Shown here: positions 16,348-25,304 of the stretch, in pieces
Layout: every line of letters begins with the position of its first letter
How positions within the stretch are numbered: position 1 is the first letter of the stretch
IMG/VR virus record: IMGVR_UViG_3300030095_000366
Coordinates: 1 to 35,769 of that record
DNA length: 35,769 nt
DNA from: a virus
Lineage: Duplodnaviria; Caudoviricetes
Direction: 5' to 3' (one strand)
Notes under the pieces: model-generated
What the model was told of the DNA's origin: nothing
Database searches by the model: none
What the model saw: the letters and a program-made list of their open reading frames with translations, nothing else
Position numbers and translations under genes: made by a program

Positions 16348-19300
16348 AGGCCAGTTTTGATTTTAAGATTCAAGTGATCAATGTAGGACTCATATGTTTT
16401 AAGTTCTCTAAAGTTAAAATCTTTCAGGTCTGCATTTACGCCTAAGCTTTTCATATACTTCATAGCTTTAGATTGTTGTAGCTTAGTTCCTTTAGTAGAT
16501 GCTCTGTACCTTTGCTGATCCATGTAACCAGTAGTACCTACTATATCAAAGTGTTTTCTAATTTCATCCCTAGCTTTTTTTAGTTCATATTTTACACGGC
16601 CTCGCCTGTATTCAAGATCACCCTCTTTAAAATTCTTACTTTTAAGCAATCTTTGCATACGCTTTTCTAATACAGGCGCTAGTGTGCCGTTGAATATCTT
16701 GTCATACGCAGGTATGTTTGATCGTTGATCCTGCTTCCAAGACTGTAGCTCTGTCAGTGTATAAGCCTGTTCTGTAGCAGTTTTACCTCTTTTAATATTC
16801 AACCCCAGTATACGGGCCAGAGGATTAGCGTCATAGATATCACCCTCTCTGCTGGACACACGTAGGTTCTCACCTGTTAAGGTGTCTGTCTCACCTATCA
16901 ATGCCTCTATTATATTGTCAAAGTACTTAGTGGATGACTGTGTGAATTTATCAAACCCCTCAGCTTGTCTAACATCTTTAGCTATGTCATTGTCTGCGAG
17001 AAAGCCTACTGCTCTATTGACTGCATCTAATGGACGTGTAGCTCCTGCAGCTATGTTACCTAAAGATTTATACAAACCATCTAGCTCTGCTCTTCTGTCA
17101 CCACTACCAGTAAAGAAATCAAATACATTAAATAGATCGTTACCAAACTGTGCATCTCTTGCTACCTGTCCTATAGCTAGCTGATTAAGTATCTCTTCTC
17201 TTAGCTCTGGTGGAATAGCTTCTCCTTTTTTAAGAGATAGGTTAGCCCCACGTCCCACAGCTAAGAATAAAGAAAAGGGAAATACGTTTCTAACATCTAT
17301 AACAGTACCGCTAACCTCTACTTCATTTACACTTAATCCTTTTTTCTGTCTCTCATCATCCATCTGCATAGCCATTACTAATGCAGAACTACCCACAAGA
17401 GAACGAGCAAATGCTTCATTAGTTTTTATACCGGGTTCTTTTTTAACTATGCGACTAGCAACCCCAACAAAACTTAATGGACTCCACTGATACGCAGTAG
17501 CTACTACGTTATTCATAAATCTGCCAAACGGTATGACAGTACCAAGCAAAGGTGTGTTGGATGCTTGCTCTACAAACTTAGCAGCAAAGCCTAGATACTG
17601 ATCGTCACCTGTGTAGTCTTTAGAGAACACTGATCGTAATGTAGTATCTACTGCACCACCTATTACATCATCATCTAGCTTAGTAAGATCACCAGACTTT
17701 AGCACATCAATCAAAGTTGTATCCTCATGCTTTAACCTAACGTACTTGTCTAGCTCAGTCATAAACATTTGTGACTTAGTGAATACATCCTGTACACGTA
17801 CACCTGTTATGGTCATAGCAGCATCAGCAAATACCTCTGACTTTTGAAGTATACCACTGTCCATACTCATGCCATATCTCTCTGCCGTTCTTTCTACACC
17901 GCCACCTATTGTTTCAAACAGTAAACCTTTAACTTGTTTATTATCGCCTAGCTCATCCATCAATCCCATGAACGACTCATAGGTTGACATAGGGTCAAGA
18001 AAGTTTTTCATCTTCTGTGTTTGTACATCTCTGTACACACGAGACTGTCTGAATAGTTCTTTACTTAACTTAGTATTTCCTACACCTGCTGCTGCAACAC
18101 CAGCTATACCTAACTGTCCAGAGGCAAACAAATCAGCTACACCTTGTCCTGCAAAGAACTGGGCGTAACCAGCTACGTTAGCTGCAGTTGTAGCCGGGGA
18201 TGAAACTAATAGACGCTTCCATATGTTCTGTGCGTATGCACCCACCTTAACCTTTTTAGTTACACCAAGTATGCCCTCTTCTTCTAAGGTATCTCTTACC
18301 TCTTTAGAGGCTAATGTCTTTGCTAATATCTCATTACCTGACACAACTCCTGCGTCTGTGGCTCTACGCACACTAGCCATAACACTAAGAGCACTACCAG
18401 CCTCACTTGTAGTAGCAGCTATAATATCTCCTAAATCTATGGCAAGAGATGTAGTCTCTCCTAGTTTTATTGACCCTCCTGTGGCTGTTAAAAATTCCTC
18501 TTTTATTTCTTCTAATTCTTTCTCAGGCATATACTGTAATAAGTTAGTCATTACATCAGATACTTTTGTCTTCTTAGAAAACTTAATACCGTTCTCTAAA
18601 AATATCTTTGATAATCCACCTATGGGCATCTTAACCTTTGACTCTGCTTTTTGTTCCTTTGTGTAACCTAACATTATTTTACTTAACAGGCTCTCTGGTA
18701 GGTGCTGATTACCCACGCCTTTAGTTAATAATTTTTTACCTGCACCAACCTTCTCAGACCACGATCTAATGTCATCTTTTAATTGTTTAGCTGCTTTATC
18801 TACTGATTCTTTTTTAAGTAACGGCTTACCTATTGACTCTCTTTCTAGTTTAGCCACTAATCTTTTTTGTTCTTTTATCTGCGCTTCAGGTGCTTTATCT
18901 TTATTCATCTTTTTAAGTTGTTCTTTAGCTGCCTTAAACCTTTTAAGAGGAAACTCTTCCCCTCTAGCTGATGATCTAGCACTGTCCATAGCTTCTGCTA
19001 GTCCAGAGATACCATCGAACTTACCAAAGGCAAAGTGTAACCCACCACCTACACCACCTAAAGTTAAAGATAGCCCTGTTTGCATTGCACTGTACTTGTC
19101 TTGAGCACCAACATCTAAATAGATATCTTGTATTGCTACATCCTGATACCCAGCAAGCAATGAGTCAATAGCGGTAGTTTGTAACACAGCTTTTTTAGCT
19201 GCCCGTTTAGTGCCAAACTTAACGACATTAGGTTTCATTAAACCTTTCTCAAGCACAACTTCACCACCCTCAACAACAGTTTTCTTAGCTGCCTTTTGTG

Positions 19301-20042
19301 CTGCTTCAAATCTTATCTTAGCCCTTGCAACTTTAGCTGCACTATCTGCTGCTTTGTTCATAGATGCTTGTGTGTATCCACTACCTGCCAGCTTTGCAGT
19401 CATGGCCTCTGCTGCATCTAGGCCAGCTTTCTCTGCAGCTTCCTTAGTTGCACCAGACTGTGCAGCTTTCCTAGCTGCTGCTGCTACAGCGTTCTTGATA
19501 GCTGACTTACTGGCTGTACTAACACCCAACGCACCTGCCTTACCTAAGCCGCCTGTAGCTAGCCCTACGTAGTTTGTAGGGTCACTTGCTATGGATAGTA
19601 TATAATCTTTCACGCCATCTACTGCACCAAACACACCATCATTTACAAACACGTTACCTAAGCTGTCGTACAGATCGTATGCTTCTTTTGCTATAACTTT
19701 AGTATCCTCATCTGCCTTACCTATGAATCTAGCTTCACCTGCAGTAGCAACTATATTACTATTAAACCTACGCATACTGTCAACAAAGTCCTCCACCACA
19801 GTCTCCCTGTCTGCATCCCTGTAGGTAGCACCCTTTTTGCTAATCATATACTGTCGTATTTTGTTTAACCTGTCTCTTCTGTACAGATCATCTTTCTTTA
19901 GCTTCTCACCTTTACGATTGTCAGGCTCAAACATCTCATCAAACTCAGTGTTATCTCTTTGCACTGGTGAACCAGAGCCTAGCTCTTTAGACTCAATAGG
20001 CTGTATGCCAAGTTCTTTATTTAATTCCTCTAGTGTTCTCAT
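16344..20042 (-). CDS. Large internal virion (ejection) protein
   Basis: 1232 aa, Ala/Gly-rich helical segments, end of virion module; function from synteny. Confidence 0.65.
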   Translation of the reverse strand: MRTLEELNKELGIQPIESKELGSGSPVQRDNTEFDEMFEPDNRKGEKLKKDDLYRRDRLNKIRQYMISKKGATYRDADRETVVEDFVDSMRRFNSNIVATAGEARFIGKADEDTKVIAKEAYDLYDSLGNVFVNDGVFGAVDGVKDYILSIASDPTNYVGLATGGLGKAGALGVSTASKSAIKNAVAAAARKAAQSGATKEAAEKAGLDAAEAMTAKLAGSGYTQASMNKAADSAAKVARAKIRFEAAQKAAKKTVVEGGEVVLEKGLMKPNVVKFGTKRAAKKAVLQTTAIDSLLAGYQDVAIQDIYLDVGAQDKYSAMQTGLSLTLGGVGGGLHFAFGKFDGISGLAEAMDSARSSARGEEFPLKRFKAAKEQLKKMNKDKAPEAQIKEQKRLVAKLERESIGKPLLKKESVDKAAKQLKDDIRSWSEKVGAGKKLLTKGVGNQHLPESLLSKIMLGYTKEQKAESKVKMPIGGLSKIFLENGIKFSKKTKVSDVMTNLLQYMPEKELEEIKEEFLTATGGSIKLGETTSLAIDLGDIIAATTSEAGSALSVMASVRRATDAGVVSGNEILAKTLASKEVRDTLEEEGILGVTKKVKVGAYAQNIWKRLLVSSPATTAANVAGYAQFFAGQGVADLFASGQLGIAGVAAAGVGNTKLSKELFRQSRVYRDVQTQKMKNFLDPMSTYESFMGLMDELGDNKQVKGLLFETIGGGVERTAERYGMSMDSGILQKSEVFADAAMTITGVRVQDVFTKSQMFMTELDKYVRLKHEDTTLIDVLKSGDLTKLDDDVIGGAVDTTLRSVFSKDYTGDDQYLGFAAKFVEQASNTPLLGTVIPFGRFMNNVVATAYQWSPLSFVGVASRIVKKEPGIKTNEAFARSLVGSSALVMAMQMDDERQKKGLSVNEVEVSGTVIDVRNVFPFSLFLAVGRGANLSLKKGEAIPPELREEILNQLAIGQVARDAQFGNDLFNVFDFFTGSGDRRAELDGLYKSLGNIAAGATRPLDAVNRAVGFLADNDIAKDVRQAEGFDKFTQSSTKYFDNIIEALIGETDTLTGENLRVSSREGDIYDANPLARILGLNIKRGKTATEQAYTLTELQSWKQDQRSNIPAYDKIFNGTLAPVLEKRMQRLLKSKNFKEGDLEYRRGRVKYELKKARDEIRKHFDIVGTTGYMDQQRYRASTKGTKLQQSKAMKYMKSLGVNADLKDFNFRELKTYESYIDHLNLKIKTGL

Positions 20043-20644
20043 TGTAGTGCATCCTTCAGGGCGTTAGAGAACTTAGTGCCTTTAGTTCCAAAAGCATCTG
20101 TACCAACTACGCCTGTCTTTAGCCAAGCCTTTGCTCCACCATGCCCTTGATTGTGAGCATACGCAAGAGCAGCTAGCTTTTCTTTTTTTGATAGCTTTTT
20201 GTATAGTGGGGAGCGCATCATATAAGAGTGATTCTTAGCTGTGTATGCAGCCAGCGCTTTCTCCTGTAAGTCTATGTCTGATCTAAAAGATACTCTAGAC
20301 CTTGTGTCATGTTTAAGTGGTGTACCCAGTAGCGATGCTGCATCTATCTTAGCGACCTTACCTAGCTGATACCTACCGTCATAGTGATTATTCTTACCAC
20401 CTTTAGCAGAGTAATCACCTGCTGATTCTATCTTAGCTAGCTCTTCTCTGTAGGTATCCCATGAGCTTTTGTCTACTCCTATCTTGTCAGATACTAAACC
20501 ATACGACACGTCTTCCCAATCAGCTTTAGGCTTAGTCATTAGTCCTTGCTTATCCTTTGTAGGTTCCTCTACAAGCTTACTGTATTGAACATACCCACCG
20601 CCCGTTGCTGGTGAAGGTTCTGCATATTGAGAATAAGAACCCAT
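20039..20644 (-). CDS. Lysozyme/lytic-transglycosylase-fold protein
   Basis: KIESAGDY (catalytic Glu), GRYQLG, ALAYAHNQG motifs; start moved to ATG 20644 just after upstream stop. Confidence 0.72.
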   Translation of the reverse strand: MGSYSQYAEPSPATGGGYVQYSKLVEEPTKDKQGLMTKPKADWEDVSYGLVSDKIGVDKSSWDTYREELAKIESAGDYSAKGGKNNHYDGRYQLGKVAKIDAASLLGTPLKHDTRSRVSFRSDIDLQEKALAAYTAKNHSYMMRSPLYKKLSKKEKLAALAYAHNQGHGGAKAWLKTGVVGTDAFGTKGTKFSNALKDALQ

Positions 20645-20648
20645 ATCT

Positions 20649-22235
20649 TCAAGACCCACGTTCACGTTGCTTGGGGTAAGGCCCAGTACCATCATCGTCG
20701 TAGAACTTACCACCAATGGGAATAGCATCAAACGCCTTATCCTTTTCTTCCTGTGTATCATAGCTGTCTAACCTTACTATACTGGATTCTTCATCGGATG
20801 TCAAACTTTCTACATCTAACTTCTTACCTGTCTCAGGATCATGGGTATCTCCAAACAACTCATCCCATTGATTTGGTCTAAGATTTTTTGGTATTCTCAT
20901 GCGTCCTGCTAGTATGTCATCTCTGTCTTCTCCACTCATACCTCCACCAAGTACAGTAGTAGAGAAGCTACGCTCTGGTCTAGGAGGTACACCACTAGCT
21001 ATATTACCTCTATCATCCTTATAGTAAGTTGCTTCTTCTACTTCTGGCTCCTCCGCTTTTTTTTCTTCTTCTACTTCTGGCAATGTAGAGTCACTAACTA
21101 TTTTTGCACTTGGTATTAATCCTTTAATAGCTAGATCAGCAAGAGCTTCATCAATCATATCCTCTTTTATTGGTGTTCCATTAGATATTACACTTTTTAC
21201 TGTTCCATCTGCGCCTACAACTATTTCATATTTATAACCACCTGTATTTGGTATAGTAAATATATTTTCAATATCTTTCTTTGCAGAAGTATTAGTCAAT
21301 AAATCTCTTACTATCGTTCTTTGTAGATTATCTCCTTTTAGATTACCATAGGTTAGTTCACCCATTTGTTCTTTTGAAATATCATTTCCTATTACATCTC
21401 GCATAGTCTCTAGATAACTAGGATTACCTTTAGTTAATATTTTTATTTGGTTAAATAATTCTTTTTGTCTATCTATCCTCTGTAAATTTTTAGCTTTTGT
21501 TCCGTCATCACCGTCAACTATATACTGACCTGCTTCTTTTCTTTCTTGAATTACACTGTCTACTCTTCGTGCTATTTGTAAGTAAGACTCTGCTGCTCTA
21601 GAGGGGCTGAAATCCTCTGTAGGTAAGAACGAAAAGTATGTACCCGGTGCAACACTATCGTAAGCCTCTTGTTTAGACATTTCGTTTATGTCCATCACAG
21701 AGTATCCATCATAGTACGCATCTTTATCTAGTTGTGCTCTGACTGATTCATCTAAGTCAATACCAAACAAGGTTTTAAGTACACCACGTTTAGGGTCTGT
21801 TGTACTGCCCAGTGATGGCTTGCTTAGTGCCGTGTTCATTTGATAGAACTCTTCTGATGCTACATCACCGTACTCAAAGTTATCATTGTAATCTATTAAA
21901 GATTCAACTTCATACTCATCAAACTTTTGTCCGGGTGTAAAGTCACGCCTCTTTGCCTCTGCTTGTGCAGCAGTTGATAAGTCAAACAAACCTTTAGGAC
22001 CAGATGCAATAGCTGCATTAATATACTTATCATCAAAGCCCAGCGCTCTTAGCCTAGATATTTCAGACTTAGCTAAGTTACCTAGCTGTGCAAGTTTATC
22101 TATCTTACCTTTAGATGCTTCAGCATTTTCTTTTAGTTCTCTTTTGTAGTCTCGTGCTTCAGCAACTCTTGTATTAATCTGCTTTGCTGAACCTTCCAGA
22201 AACGCTGTAGCAAAAGCTTGTGCATTAAATCCCAT
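20649..22235 (-). CDS. Putative internal virion protein
   Basis: 528 aa, MGFNAQAFATAFL N-terminus, GAGGA RBS, position in module. Confidence 0.6.
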   Translation of the reverse strand: MGFNAQAFATAFLEGSAKQINTRVAEARDYKRELKENAEASKGKIDKLAQLGNLAKSEISRLRALGFDDKYINAAIASGPKGLFDLSTAAQAEAKRRDFTPGQKFDEYEVESLIDYNDNFEYGDVASEEFYQMNTALSKPSLGSTTDPKRGVLKTLFGIDLDESVRAQLDKDAYYDGYSVMDINEMSKQEAYDSVAPGTYFSFLPTEDFSPSRAAESYLQIARRVDSVIQERKEAGQYIVDGDDGTKAKNLQRIDRQKELFNQIKILTKGNPSYLETMRDVIGNDISKEQMGELTYGNLKGDNLQRTIVRDLLTNTSAKKDIENIFTIPNTGGYKYEIVVGADGTVKSVISNGTPIKEDMIDEALADLAIKGLIPSAKIVSDSTLPEVEEEKKAEEPEVEEATYYKDDRGNIASGVPPRPERSFSTTVLGGGMSGEDRDDILAGRMRIPKNLRPNQWDELFGDTHDPETGKKLDVESLTSDEESSIVRLDSYDTQEEKDKAFDAIPIGGKFYDDDGTGPYPKQRERGS

Positions 22236-22241
22236 AGTTAT

Positions 22242-22892
22242 TTATCCTCTAGCCATTAGGCCCATCTCTGGTGTAGCCTGTTCTTGTGGTTCTTCTTGTA
22301 GCTCTTCTGGTTCTGCGCCCTCTTTAGGAGGTTCAGACACCTGTTCTAACTCTTCTGCTTCAGGTGGCGGCATGTCTTGTGCAACTTCAGTTACCCCCTC
22401 ACGGCCTACATCTTGAGCTAAAAAGTCTGATATCTCTCCTAGCAGTTCTGTGCCAGCATCCTCTGTACCTTCTTCTTGTGCCTTACTTAATGCGCCTATC
22501 AACACTACCTGCATACGATCTCTTTCTTTTTGATCTATTTCAGCTTGTGCATCTTTATTTGTAAACTTATAATCTATCTCGTTGGCATCAGCCACAGCAG
22601 CTAAGAACTCCATGATTACAGGCTTTACCAGTATGGCTACATCTAACGTGTGTGTACCTCTCATAACTTGTGATAGCGTTAAGGCTTCTGCTATAGGGTT
22701 TATAGCTATACCAGCTACTAAAGCAGTCATCATATCATCCAGAATTTCTTCTCTAGCTAACTTAGTTATGTAGAACTGTGTTGCTTCTTCCACTGTGTTT
22801 AACCGTGATGGGCGCTCCCACGGCCTCTCACCGGGTGCGTGTGTGAATAGTGAGTTACCCGGTATGGGTGCTCCAAACTGTGTTACTGCCAT
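22242..22892 (-). CDS. Conserved virion-module protein (APIPG..PWE.P motif, acidic tail)
   Basis: AGGA RBS before ATG 22892; motif typical of marine podoviruses. Confidence 0.65.
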   Translation of the reverse strand: MAVTQFGAPIPGNSLFTHAPGERPWERPSRLNTVEEATQFYITKLAREEILDDMMTALVAGIAINPIAEALTLSQVMRGTHTLDVAILVKPVIMEFLAAVADANEIDYKFTNKDAQAEIDQKERDRMQVVLIGALSKAQEEGTEDAGTELLGEISDFLAQDVGREGVTEVAQDMPPPEAEELEQVSEPPKEGAEPEELQEEPQEQATPEMGLMARG

Positions 22893-22902
22893 CTTATTTT
22901 TC

Positions 22903-23346
22903 CTACTTAGTAAACCCAGCGCCAAAGTACAGACCTACTATGGCTGATACAATGTGTGTATCTAGGGGAGTGATTACAAATCCTTTTGCCATCTTCCATT
23001 GGATAGCTTCTTCAGGTCCAAACAGCCAGTTTAGAAAACCGCCCTGTACCTCTGTGTATCCTACATATACACTGATATCAGGATACCACACTGCGACTAG
23101 CTTTGGCAAGACAATAATGCTAAATACTGCAGATAAAGCTATAAGTCTACGTGTCCAAGCAAAGTGTTTGTCATTCTTACCTGCATCTCTAGCTCTGTTG
23201 ACTTGCTTGGCATTGAAGTTAGCACGTTCCATAAGCATCTCATTCTGAGCTTGCTTACCTTTTATGCTCTGCCCCCATATAGACATAACGCCACCCAGTA
23301 TGGTAGAGAACAGCATGGTAATTAATTCTAAGGGTAATCCAAACAT
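22903..23346 (-). CDS. Holin-like membrane protein (3 TM)
   Basis: Three hydrophobic segments, WTRR and GLYFG motifs, resembling GTA-type 3TM holins. Confidence 0.55.
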   Translation of the reverse strand: MFGLPLELITMLFSTILGGVMSIWGQSIKGKQAQNEMLMERANFNAKQVNRARDAGKNDKHFAWTRRLIALSAVFSIIVLPKLVAVWYPDISVYVGYTEVQGGFLNWLFGPEEAIQWKMAKGFVITPLDTHIVSAIVGLYFGAGFTK

Positions 23347-25293
23347 TTAGTTAGCTGGTCCTAAGTTTATTTTAAAGCGTCTGCCTTGATCTTTAGGATT
23401 GTCTTTACCCTCATAGTCTTTAGAACCTAAAACAAATCCTACCGCCCTTATTGTTTTATAATTTAAATCACCTTTAAAAATAGATTTTAAAACTTCTGCT
23501 TCTGTAAATTTTCCATCTTTTATGGCTTTATCATATTGTTCTGGCGTGTACTTTTTATTATCAATAGGATTAATAAAAGCATTGTAATTAAATCTATCAG
23601 TAACAATAATGTCATTATTTTTATCTATGTTAGCACTAAACTGACCTAGCATTAATTTAAGTTCATTAATCGGATCACCCTCTGCTAAAGCCTCTATAAT
23701 TTCTTTTGCAGAAGAACCGCCTCTTTGACTTACGCTTATGTTTCCTGCTTTCTTATATATCTCATCACCAATAGTAACAGAACCTTTCTTAACAATTCCT
23801 GCATCAAGAACAATGTCTCGCATAAGGTCTATAGCTTCCTGTGAAAAAACTTCTGCACCTGCTGGTGTTTGTTTATTTAAAAAAGGTATCGCTTTTAATG
23901 GATTAGCATAAGACAGTTTTCCTCCATACAACATATCAGTTATAAAATTTCGTCCTACAGGAGAAAGAACTGCTTTAAGTACGGTATTAATATTTCCCAA
24001 AGATTTCTTAACTCCTTCAGGAAGAGGAATATTTTTAATAATTGAATCTGTTTTAACATCGTCAGATACAGAACTTTGATTTGCTTTATTTAATGCTGCT
24101 GCTGTAGCATTACCAACCACAGCATCAGGCGATAATTTATTATCTTTTTGAAACTGTTTTATTGCAGCTTTTGTTGTATCTCCACTTATACCATCTTCTG
24201 TACCTGCATTGTATCCTAGTACATTTAAGACTCCTTGTATTTTTTTAATACCTTCTTTTGTATTTCTATCATCTTTAGTTATATTTATAGTGGGTGCTTC
24301 AGAAGCCATAGCTGCCATAAAGGGAGTTTCTATATTAGCTGCTTCTTTTGCATCCTCTTCATACTCTTCAAACAAAGGCAGGTTTTGTTTACGTAGACGT
24401 TCCTGTTGTCTCATTAAGCCGGGACCAGTGTATCTTCTACCCGTAGTTGGATCAACTATATCAGGGTCTTGAAAGCCTACCCCCATTTGATCTAGTCCCG
24501 GTACAGGAGATGTCATAACCTCTGTTGTAACATCTGAACTAGAGGACTCAAAGCCCAACGCTTTTGAAGTGTTTGGTCCTACAATACCATCTACTTTTAA
24601 TCCTGATTTCTTTTGAAAGTCTTTAATAGCTTTTTTTGTTTGTGGACCTATTATACCATCAACAGCTATGTCGTAACCTTTATCTACTAAGTTTTGTTGT
24701 ATTGATCTAGTATCATACTCTACATCAAAAGGCTCACCCAACGCTCCTACGGATGCGGTTCCTGCTACATAGCCGGGATCACCAACCTGTGCAGGTGGTA
24801 GTTTCTCTGTTCTAGCAAGAGTAAGCATAGTATCTTGTGCTAATTTTTCTGCGTAGTCAATAGTTTCAGTTATTGCATCAGACTTAGGTTTTTGCTTTGC
24901 TACTGTAAAGTTAGCACCTGCTTTTGCCATGCGTGAATTGTATACTGAGTGTAAGGTACTGGGGTCAAACAAGACATTTTGAGCATCTATACTATTTAAT
25001 GTTACACCAGCAGGTGTAGCTGCAGTAGCGTCCTCATCATCGTTATAAGCAGGGTCATTAAAACTATTAATAACAGAAGCTGAAAAGTTAGCTACATTAT
25101 TGTTATCGTCTGTTTCTGTATCAGTTGGCCTAGCTCTAGGTCTAAGGCTACTAGACACACCCTCTGGTCTAGCTCTAGGTCTAAGGCTACTAGACATTAA
25201 ACCACCAGATTTCTGCTCCTCTTCTGGTGGCGGTTGATCTTGTCCTCCACTAAATATATTCTGCAAACTATTGAATAAATTTTCTAAACTCAT
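23347..25293 (-). CDS. Protein with two PG_binding_1 domains and SLRPRARP repeats
   Basis: IQQNL..GY..VDGIIGPQTKKAIKDFQ..L.VDGIVGPNT and a second equivalent domain; C-terminal domain not identified. Confidence 0.8.
   Translation of the reverse strand: MSLENLFNSLQNIFSGGQDQPPPEEEQKSGGLMSSSLRPRARPEGVSSSLRPRARPTDTETDDNNNVANFSASVINSFNDPAYNDDEDATAATPAGVTLNSIDAQNVLFDPSTLHSVYNSRMAKAGANFTVAKQKPKSDAITETIDYAEKLAQDTMLTLARTEKLPPAQVGDPGYVAGTASVGALGEPFDVEYDTRSIQQNLVDKGYDIAVDGIIGPQTKKAIKDFQKKSGLKVDGIVGPNTSKALGFESSSSDVTTEVMTSPVPGLDQMGVGFQDPDIVDPTTGRRYTGPGLMRQQERLRKQNLPLFEEYEEDAKEAANIETPFMAAMASEAPTINITKDDRNTKEGIKKIQGVLNVLGYNAGTEDGISGDTTKAAIKQFQKDNKLSPDAVVGNATAAALNKANQSSVSDDVKTDSIIKNIPLPEGVKKSLGNINTVLKAVLSPVGRNFITDMLYGGKLSYANPLKAIPFLNKQTPAGAEVFSQEAIDLMRDIVLDAGIVKKGSVTIGDEIYKKAGNISVSQRGGSSAKEIIEALAEGDPINELKLMLGQFSANIDKNNDIIVTDRFNYNAFINPIDNKKYTPEQYDKAIKDGKFTEAEVLKSIFKGDLNYKTIRAVGFVLGSKDYEGKDNPKDQGRRFKINLGPAN
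25130..25196. repeat. Tandem duplication, 28 bp identical, period 39 bp (SSSLRPRARP x2)
   Basis: CTAGCTCTAGGTCTAAGGCTACTAGACA at 25130-25157 and 25169-25196. Confidence 0.9.
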
Positions 25294-25304
25294 CTTATCA
25301 TACC

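Noticed and set aside
20645-20761. Programmed frameshift fusing the 528-aa protein to the lysozyme domain
   Set aside because: No canonical slippery heptamer in the overlap; a coupled ATG exists at 20644
23590-23650. Colicin M-like catalytic motif (DRFNYN versus DKYDFN)
   Set aside because: Key Tyr/Asp and downstream His-Arg not matched; too short to call
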